From NCBI GenBank assembly GCA_020633995.1, contig JACKCO010000004.1:90928-154927 (forward strand): DNA of 64,000 bases. Reading direction: 5' to 3'. The stretch's first letter is position 1, and the number at the start of each line of letters is the position of its first letter. Below the pieces are notes generated by a model, which had not been told where the DNA came from, made no database searches, and was given only the letters and a program-made list of their open reading frames with translations. The stretch comes from Campylobacterota bacterium (lineage in GTDB: Bacteria > Babelota > Babeliae > Babelales > RVW-14). The position numbers were made by a program, and so were the translations under genes. Shown one piece after another: positions 50,587-58,700 of the stretch.

Positions 50587-52497
50587 ATGAACGCATTTAT
50601 TTTAGGAATGCTTGCCTCATTGCTCTTGTGTTGCAATGTGGAGCAGGCAAATGCCAACGCTCATGATGCCATGAGCGTTGCTAAAGAGCACGAAAAGGCT
50701 TTGGTAAAGCAGAAAAAAAATGCACAACGCGAAATGGAAAAAGCAAAAAAGACGACTGAAAAAGCACGCAAAAAGGAAATGAAGCGTGCGATGGAAGACA
50801 AGAAAAAACGCGTTGAAATGAAAAAGGCTGAGGACAAGAAAATTCGCAACAAGATGAAAAAGAAAGCCAAAAAAGATCGTGCTGCCAAAGAAGCTGATAA
50901 AAATCGTGTAGAGTACGAACGCCTTCGTGAAATGGATGGGCTTAAACAGGAAGAGAAAAAACAGCGTGCTCTGCAGGGACGTGATGAACGCGACATGCTT
51001 ATGAGCAATTGGGAAACTCATCGTGATAAAGTTGTCCTGCAAGAAAAAGAAAAAGGTAAGTATGCCTATCTTTATAAATCACCAGCATGGCCTATGCATG
51101 CACTCTTCTGGGAAAATAAAGCGTTTTTAAATGTGCAGTTTGACTACACCTACGCAACAGATGCTTATGGCTCTTGCCGTGGCGGTAGTGGGCATGATGT
51201 CTCAACACTTGAGTTTGGTCAGTGCCCAATCAAGCTCAAAGACATTTCTCTTGCCAGCAGGCTGCTTAAAGATGGGAAAGTTAATCCAGAGGCATGTAAC
51301 TTGGTTGTTGCAAACTTTCTGAAAGCGTTTGCGGATGAAACTTTGCGTTTTAATGGTAAGCAAGAGTCGATGAGTGTGTCGTTTGACTTTGCTCGTTACC
51401 TGCGTGGTCGTGATGTGGCCGTGGGTGTGCATGTGCCAATTGTGTACAAAAAGAATCGTCTTGAAATTGGTTTGCCAGTCAGTGGTCGTGAGCTTGAGTT
51501 TAATAGTTTCTTGGGATTGGGCAATGATCCGACAGCAACCTTAAATAACATTCCAATAGTTACTATACAGTCTCAATCAGGCCAGGCGATAGTTGTTCCT
51601 GCGAATACTGCTCTCAAACAACTTGTTAATCCAAATGTCTTGCAAGCTTTTAACGATTACATGATCGAAAAAATCTTGAAAGGCAAAGGCATTGAACACG
51701 TTGGTGGTTCATCTGGTGGTATTGGAGACATTGAGCTGTTTGGTAACATCCAACTCAGACCATGGTGGGCCGATAAAGTGATTTTTGGCTTACGTGTAGC
51801 AGTACCGACAGGCAAAGAAGCCGATCTGCACAGACTCTGGTCACCAGAGCTTGGCTGCGGTGGATTTACCACGGTTGGTGCCTACATGTCGGCACTGGTT
51901 AGCTATAAAAAGTTCCTGAATCCACATGTATTGATTGAAGGACGCTTTAGCAACTCAGCAAACGTTAAACGCCGTGTACCTCGCCGTGTTGTAACGCCTG
52001 ACAGTGCTGTCGCAACCGAAGATCTTGGCCATGACTTGATTTCTCTTGGTGGTTTTGTCAAATACAAAACAGATCCTCTTAGTGATGCTAACAAGTTTGA
52101 TGAATTTGATGCGACAGTTAATGGCTTTGGTGACAAGATTAACAAAATTCGCATGACCAAGGGTGCAGAATTTGAGTTCCGCCTCGGTAACATGATGGAA
52201 GCGTTCTTGCTTCGTCGTGGCTTTATGGACGTGTACTACAACTTTAGAGCCAAAGCTCAAGATGAAGTACGTCGTTGCCTTGAGCAAGTTGACACAGCTT
52301 GCTGTCAGCGCGTTGATGAACTTAACCTGTGCTATGTTTGGGATAACACACAGCGTCTTGAGCATAAGCTTGGTTTTGAGTATGCCTATCAGTTTGATCT
52401 GGACGCACGTCTGCGTGTCGGCTTAGAGTATACCTTTGCTGGTAAGAGCGTTCCAAAACTAGTGTTATTCACAACAGCGTTTAACTACTCATTTTAA
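50587..52497 (+). CDS. predicted outer-membrane beta-barrel protein P2 with Lys/Glu-rich N-terminal region
   Basis: AAGGAGAG SD. Signal peptide MNAFILGMLASLLLCCNVEQANA. ~130 aa of K/E/R-rich sequence. C-terminal ~450 aa have alternating polarity and end ...TTAFNYSF (terminal Phe). Confidence 0.7.
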   Translation: MNAFILGMLASLLLCCNVEQANANAHDAMSVAKEHEKALVKQKKNAQREMEKAKKTTEKARKKEMKRAMEDKKKRVEMKKAEDKKIRNKMKKKAKKDRAAKEADKNRVEYERLREMDGLKQEEKKQRALQGRDERDMLMSNWETHRDKVVLQEKEKGKYAYLYKSPAWPMHALFWENKAFLNVQFDYTYATDAYGSCRGGSGHDVSTLEFGQCPIKLKDISLASRLLKDGKVNPEACNLVVANFLKAFADETLRFNGKQESMSVSFDFARYLRGRDVAVGVHVPIVYKKNRLEIGLPVSGRELEFNSFLGLGNDPTATLNNIPIVTIQSQSGQAIVVPANTALKQLVNPNVLQAFNDYMIEKILKGKGIEHVGGSSGGIGDIELFGNIQLRPWWADKVIFGLRVAVPTGKEADLHRLWSPELGCGGFTTVGAYMSALVSYKKFLNPHVLIEGRFSNSANVKRRVPRRVVTPDSAVATEDLGHDLISLGGFVKYKTDPLSDANKFDEFDATVNGFGDKINKIRMTKGAEFEFRLGNMMEAFLLRRGFMDVYYNFRAKAQDEVRRCLEQVDTACCQRVDELNLCYVWDNTQRLEHKLGFEYAYQFDLDARLRVGLEYTFAGKSVPKLVLFTTAFNYSF

Positions 52498-52511
52498 GTA
52501 ATAAAAACATG

Positions 52512-52541
52512 CCGGAAGCGTTTGTATAAAGGCGCTTCCGG
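52512..52541 (+). terminator. 9-bp GC-rich hairpin after P2 (no T-run; weak terminator or RNA processing/stability element)
   Basis: ccggaagcg-12 nt-cgcttccgg. Confidence 0.3.
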
Positions 52542-52568
52542 TCCACCGTCAGTGCTGGAGAGTTTGTA

Positions 52569-54605
52569 ATGTTGAAAAAGCGTTGTTTCTTCTTGGCTTT
52601 ATGTTGTGTAGCCGCAGTGGGTTCTTTGCATGCTCGAACGTTGCACAGAGGTCGCGAGTCTGGCTATAACGTTGAGTCAACTTCAACCATGCGCATTGAA
52701 AATCGATTACGTGTTAATAGCGGAAGGCTAAGAGTTGGGGAGAAGGCAACGCTTGAAGGTGCAACAGGTGCGATTGTTGAATTTACCAATGGACGTTTTG
52801 TTGAAGAAAATCAAGTGGATGTTGAGCTGACGGGTACGCTTGATATTAATGCTAATGAGATTACTGTTGATGGGTCTAACTTCAACCCAGCTTCGGGACG
52901 GCCTCGTCAACGCATTCGCTTGAGTGGAAGTGCAAAGCTTGAGGGCCTTTCTGGGCGGTTTGATGAGTCTGTTAGTTTAGCAGATCCTGCCTCAGAACTT
53001 GATCTTAACCTTGCAACACCGATCAACACCAACATTAATCTTGCTGGAGGTAAAATTAATCTAACGGGCGATGCGCGCCTTTCTGATGGTCGTATGCCTC
53101 GAGGCGATGGTACCATTGATGCGCGTGGTAACAGACTGTCTACCGGGGGTCGAAATTTGACTCTAGGAGATAATCTTACGTTGAGAAATATGTCTGATTG
53201 GGACATTAACAGCAAGATTACCGTGACGGGTGAATTGACTTTTACCGGGAATGCAAAAATTAACGGTAATGGTAATGTGCTTGATCTTTCTCAGGGGGGA
53301 ACGATTAGAATCAGGGCTACAACAACGCTTGCTATGTGTAACATTACGCTTAAAGGCCTTGGTCTTGGAAAACTTATTTTTGAAGATCCAACATCACAAC
53401 TCTGTTTGTCTGACGCTCATGTGATGTTGAATCGTGACGTGACCTTTACAACCGGCGGTTTCTATATTGAAGGTCCAACAAAAATTATCACGAAAGATAA
53501 AATTTTGCGCTTTGATAGTGCAAGTTCTCTGACGGTTGATTGTCTAACGCTTGAATATGATACCGTTTCATTCACCGATAAACAAAATATTCGACCGTTT
53601 AATGCAGCGGCTGATCTAAATCAGTTGCATCTAACATTGCTTAATAATGCAACCATTCGCAGGGTAGCTTCTACCTCGGGCCCTGTAGTCATTGTTAATA
53701 ACTTTATTTTAGAGGGACTGCTTGAATTGCACCCAGATTTCAAGATTTTCTTCTGTGAAACGGCAACGCTTGACGGGGCAACGCATAATGTGTTCTTCTC
53801 GTGTGCTAAAGAGCCGCTTATTGTTGTTGATCCGGGCAAGATAGCGACGTTTGAAAATATTGCTTTCAAAGCATTTGCTCCACACCATATTAATGCGGGT
53901 GCTAAATTTATCTTTGCAGATAACACTAAAATTGAACTTGGCCAAAATAGTGAACTTGTTACGACATGGACCTTTACCGGGGCATGTGTGCTGAATGGTC
54001 GCGGTTTCTGCCTTGACATGAGTAGCACTGCTGCTGCGCTTGTGTTGCAGCAAGATAGAACTAACTTGCTGCTCGAAGATATCATTATTAAAGGTCTTTC
54101 TGCCAATAAAATTCGTTGTCTTGATAATAGCAGTAGTGTTTCCTTTAAAAATGTTACGTGGATTCAAGATGATTCAACAACATTCTCATTGGGTACGTTT
54201 GCAGTTATTAAGGATTTGGAACTTGTAGGTTCTTCAACGTTTGAATATTCAACGGTTGTTGGAAGTACCATTTTCGCACATGGAAAATTGAAACTCGATT
54301 GTGGTATGTCATTTAGCTATGCACCAAAACGTGCACATCGTGACTTAATTTACATGGAAAACAGTAGCGCTGTGCTTGAAATGAAAGGTGCGACGCTTGC
54401 ATCGACGGTGACTGGTCTACGCTTGACACGAGGAACCCTCATGCTTGATCACAAAAACAATACGATCAATGATGGTGCTGCGAGTGCTTCACAGTCAATA
54501 GCTTTTGGTAATGGGTCAGCAAGTGATGATTTGACTGTTAAAGTAATGCCGGGTGCAAATATTAATGTGCTTACTGGACGCCTTGTTTATGATAATACGA
54601 TTTAA
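52569..54605 (+). CDS. secreted modular protein P3 (module A + module B + shared C-terminal motif)
   Basis: Signal peptide MLKKRCFFLALCCVAAVGSLHA. N-half is homologous to P1/P6 (VTGELTFTGNAKINGNGNVLDLSQGG...). C-half is homologous to the P5 C-terminus (FSYAPKRAHRDLIYM...LRLTRGTLMLD...IAFGNG). Confidence 0.85.
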   Translation: MLKKRCFFLALCCVAAVGSLHARTLHRGRESGYNVESTSTMRIENRLRVNSGRLRVGEKATLEGATGAIVEFTNGRFVEENQVDVELTGTLDINANEITVDGSNFNPASGRPRQRIRLSGSAKLEGLSGRFDESVSLADPASELDLNLATPINTNINLAGGKINLTGDARLSDGRMPRGDGTIDARGNRLSTGGRNLTLGDNLTLRNMSDWDINSKITVTGELTFTGNAKINGNGNVLDLSQGGTIRIRATTTLAMCNITLKGLGLGKLIFEDPTSQLCLSDAHVMLNRDVTFTTGGFYIEGPTKIITKDKILRFDSASSLTVDCLTLEYDTVSFTDKQNIRPFNAAADLNQLHLTLLNNATIRRVASTSGPVVIVNNFILEGLLELHPDFKIFFCETATLDGATHNVFFSCAKEPLIVVDPGKIATFENIAFKAFAPHHINAGAKFIFADNTKIELGQNSELVTTWTFTGACVLNGRGFCLDMSSTAAALVLQQDRTNLLLEDIIIKGLSANKIRCLDNSSSVSFKNVTWIQDDSTTFSLGTFAVIKDLELVGSSTFEYSTVVGSTIFAHGKLKLDCGMSFSYAPKRAHRDLIYMENSSAVLEMKGATLASTVTGLRLTRGTLMLDHKNNTINDGAASASQSIAFGNGSASDDLTVKVMPGANINVLTGRLVYDNTI

Positions 54606-54658
54606 AGAGAGAGAAAAATTAGTTAACGTTTATTTTGCTAGGTAAAAAAGGAGAGAGA

Positions 54659-55678
54659 ATGAGACGTTTTGGCTGCTCAAATAGTCTAAAAAAATGCTTA
54701 ATCATGGTACTTATTTTGTTGCAAGGCTCAGCGCTATTTTGTGCTGCAAGCAAAAAAAGAGTATGCCGTGATGGAGAGACCATTGAGGGTTTTGTTCCTT
54801 TGAATGGGGTTTCTTTGCCATCAAAATCAGATGTCTATTTTAATGTTCCTCTTCCAGTACAAGGAATTGTAGAGTTTGGTGCCGATTGTACTATGCATCT
54901 CATGAGTGACCTACATACTGCATCACACATCAATTTTGCTATTGGTCAGAATTGCTCGGACTGTGCTTATATAAATGGGCAAGGATATACATTATTTCTT
55001 GGTGGTGATATAAACGTCCCAGCCTCACGTTCATTGCACATAGCTGGTGATTTAACGATTGATGGTAACGGATATACTATTTGTTTTGAGGACTTACTCT
55101 CGGAAATTTATGTTCATGAGCATTGCACACTTACTTTACGCAACCTTATTTTAAGGGGTTGGGATGGCAATTGCCAGCTTGCAGGACAAGGCCGTGTAGT
55201 ATTGCAGGATTGTGAAATTGACTTGTCACCTGAAATGGTAGCTGAATATGAGGGTGATGGAGAAGTTGAAGTACGTAGCTTGGTGTCAGTACAAGGTGGC
55301 GGCAAGTTAGTCTTTGGTGGTAGAAGTTCTTTAAAAATAGATTCATTTTCTACTTTGTGGATGGATTCGGATACAACACTTCATTGGAAGAATCAAACTC
55401 GAACTGGGCTTGTAATGGTTGATGAAACATCCCGTATTTTCTTAAACGGTGGAAATATTCATGCAGATGCTAAAGGAGAGAACAAAGGGCTTCAACTGAC
55501 TAAAGGAACATTGCTTTTAGATAATAGATGTATGATTCAAAATGACGGTAATACATCTGCTACAAGAAGTTTTCAACTTGGTGATGGAAGAAATACAGCT
55601 AATGATGTTGATGTAAAAGTTCTTGCTGGGGCGCTTGTTGAGGTTGATGGCTACATGGACTTTAATCCGGCTCGGTAG
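54659..55678 (+). CDS. secreted short paralogue P4 (one signature module + shared C-terminal motif)
   Basis: AGGAGAG SD before the ATG at 54659. Signal peptide ...CLIMVLILLQGSALFCAAS. TIDGNGYTICF...LTLRNLILRGW; C-terminus LQLTKGTLLLDNR...FQLGDG...DVDVKVLAGA. Confidence 0.8.
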   Translation: MRRFGCSNSLKKCLIMVLILLQGSALFCAASKKRVCRDGETIEGFVPLNGVSLPSKSDVYFNVPLPVQGIVEFGADCTMHLMSDLHTASHINFAIGQNCSDCAYINGQGYTLFLGGDINVPASRSLHIAGDLTIDGNGYTICFEDLLSEIYVHEHCTLTLRNLILRGWDGNCQLAGQGRVVLQDCEIDLSPEMVAEYEGDGEVEVRSLVSVQGGGKLVFGGRSSLKIDSFSTLWMDSDTTLHWKNQTRTGLVMVDETSRIFLNGGNIHADAKGENKGLQLTKGTLLLDNRCMIQNDGNTSATRSFQLGDGRNTANDVDVKVLAGALVEVDGYMDFNPAR

Positions 55679-55719
55679 TGTTTTGCAAGGTATATAAACG
55701 TTTTAAAGGAGAGTAGAAA

Positions 55720-58700
55720 ATGAGATGTTACAAGAAGATTGTGTGCTTAATGCTTTTGGCAGCCAGTGGCATTGAGCATCATCTTGCGGGGGCAAAGCTA
55801 GATTTTGCAAGTCGTAGCTCGTCCATATTGCTAGGTAGTAATGGAAAGCAGTCTGTTTTGCGTGTTGGCGATCAGAATAAAGTACGTGGTTGGGAGCAAG
55901 AATCAATTGTACGAGCATCTGATCGAGGCCTTACTATTAGCAGAAGTCCTGGAGGGGCTCAAGTTTACGATCAAAATAGTGCACCAGCCTCAGTGAATGA
56001 TGAGTGGCACGTGCTAAGAGACTGGCAAATGGATCGTGCCTTTACTACAACCGATCCAGAACTTGTTTTACAAAACAGTGCTGCAATAGCTGCGCTTGCG
56101 CAGTGTTGCAAAAATAATAGTAATGCAATTGTAAAAAATGACGCGGATATTGCAAGTAACGCTTCTGACATCATTACCAATGCGGTTAATATCGCATCAA
56201 ATGCAACAAGTATTGCAAGTAACGCAATGGACATATCTGATAATCTTAAAGCAATTAGAAACAACAGTAATGCGCTTCTTGCATGTTGCAGAAATAATAG
56301 TAATGCAATTTTGGCTATTAATGCTGATCTGTCACAGGGTGTAGAGGACAACAGTAATGCCATTATTAAGCTTGAACAAGATGTAACCAACAATAGCAAT
56401 GCTTTGATTGCAAAGTGTGACGAAATTGAAGCGAATAGCAATGCGATTTTGGTTAACGTTCAAAATATCACGAATAACAGTAATGTTATCGTAGTTAATG
56501 TTCAAAATATAACAAATAATAGCAACACTATTGTTAAAAATTCTCAAAATATAATAAATAACAGTAATGCTATTGTTGTCAAATGTGAAGAGATCGAAGC
56601 AAATAGCAACGCGATTATTAAGCATGATCAAGATATCACAAATAATAGCAATGCCATTATTGCGGTAGTCGAGTGTTGCGAAGACAATAGCGAAGCGATT
56701 ATTAAGCTTGCACAAGATGTTGAAAATAATAGCAACGCGATCTTGAAGAATGTTCAGGATATCACCAACAACAGTAACACGCTGTTGGCATGTTGCCGTG
56801 ATAATAGCAATGCGATCATCAAGTTGACGAATGATGTCGAAAATAACAGCAACGCGATCTTGAAGAATGTTCAGGATATCACCAACAACAGTAACACACT
56901 GTTGGCATGCTGTCGTGATAATAGCAATGCGATTATCAAGTTGACGGATGATGTTGAAAATAACAGCAACGCGATCTTGAAGAATGTTCAGGATATCACC
57001 AATAACAGTAATACCTTGTTGGCATGTTGCCGCGATAACAGCAATGCGATTATCAAGTTGACGGATGATGTTGAGAACAACAGCAACGCGATCTTGAAGA
57101 ATGTTCAGGATATCACCAACAACAGCAACACATTGTTGGCATGCTGCCGTGATAACAGCAACGCGATTATCAAGTTGACACAAGATGTTGAAAACAACAG
57201 CAATGCGATATTGAAGAACGTTGAGGATATTAAAAATAACAGTAACACGCTGTTGGCATGCTGCCGTGATAACAGCAATGCGATTATCAAGTTGACACAA
57301 GATGTTGAAAACAACAGCAATGCGATATTGAAGAACGTTGAGGATATTAAAAATAACAGTAACACCTTGTTGGCTTGCTGCCGTGACAACAGCAATGCGA
57401 TTATCAAGCTGACACAAGATGTTGAAAATAACAGCAACGCGATCTTGAAGAATGTTCAAGATATCACCAACAACAGTAACACTTTGTTGGCATGCTGCCG
57501 TGATAACAGTAATGCGATTATCAAGTTGACACAGGATGTTGAAAACAACAGCAATGCGATCTTGAAGAATGTTCAAGATATCACCAACAACAGTAACACT
57601 TTGTTGGCATGCTGCCGTGATAACAGCAACGCAATTATCAAGCTGACGAATGATGTTGAAAACAACAGCAACGCGATCTTGAAGAACGTTCAGGATATCA
57701 CCAACAACAGCAACACATTGTTGGCATGCTGCCGTGATAACAGCAACGCAATTATTAAACATGACCAAGATATCACCAACAATAGTAATGCGATCATTGC
57801 ATTGGTAGAGTGTTGTGAAGATAATAGCGAAGCGATTCTCAAGCTTGTTGAAGATGTTAAGAATAACAGTAACACCTTGTTGGCTTGCTGCCGAGATAAT
57901 AGCAACGCGATTATCAAACATGATCAAGACATAACAAACAACAGTAATGCGATTGTTAAGAACGTTCAGGATATCACCAACAACAGTAATACCTTGTTGG
58001 CTTGTTGCCGCGATAACAGTAATGCAATTGTTAAGTTGACGCAAGATGTTGAAAATAACAGCAACGCGATCCTGAAGAAGTGTCAAGATATCGAAAATAA
58101 CAGCAATGCAATATTGAAGAATGTTGAAGATATTAGACACAACAGTGATGCAATTGTAAGTATTATGATTAACAATGAGTTGATCATACATAACAGTAAC
58201 GCAATTGTTGTACTTGCCGAGTGTTGTGAGGACAACAGCAATGCAATCATTAAACATGAGCAAGACATTAAGAACAACAGTAACACCTTGTTGGCCTGCT
58301 GCCGTAACAACAGTAATGCGATTATTAAGCACGAACAGGATATAAAAAACAACAGTAATGCAATTATTGCAGTGGTTGAGTGTTGCAAAGACAATAGTGA
58401 GGCGATCCTGAAATTGGTACAAGATGTTACAAACAACAGTAACACGTTGTTGGCCTGCTGCCGCGATAACAGCAATGCGATTATCAAATTGACGCAAGAT
58501 GTTGAAAACAACAGCAACGCGATTCTGAAAAACGTTGAAGATATCAAGAATAACAGCAATACGCTGTTGGCATGTTGCCGAGACAATAGCAATGCGATCA
58601 TCAGACACGATAAACAGCTAAATACCATTGATCATGGCCCAGAAAAAGTGTTTATCAAGCACAACACGCATCAAATCAACTTTGATCTGCATATTTCCTG

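Noticed and set aside
50617-51042. 141-aa and 115-aa minus-strand ORFs
   Set aside because: They are antisense to the AAR/GAR-rich K/E region of P2, a compositional artefact giving F/L/S-rich nonsense translations.
56716-57768. Could the regular 117-bp repeats be a CRISPR array or a non-coding satellite?
   Set aside because: There are no unique spacers between repeats. The period is a multiple of 3, the array stays in one open frame within a 1,311-aa ORF, and the differences between units are mostly synonymous.
56332-58608. 758-aa minus-strand ORF (and the many 60-180-aa minus-strand ORFs from 55971 to 63996) antisense to the repeat regions
   Set aside because: They exist only because the reverse complement of the AAY/AGY/GCN-rich repeat lacks stop codons. 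They have no SD or signal peptide and give low-complexity I/V/A/L translations. The + strand frames are longer, have SD plus signal peptides, and continue into non-repeat domains homologous to other genes of the locus.
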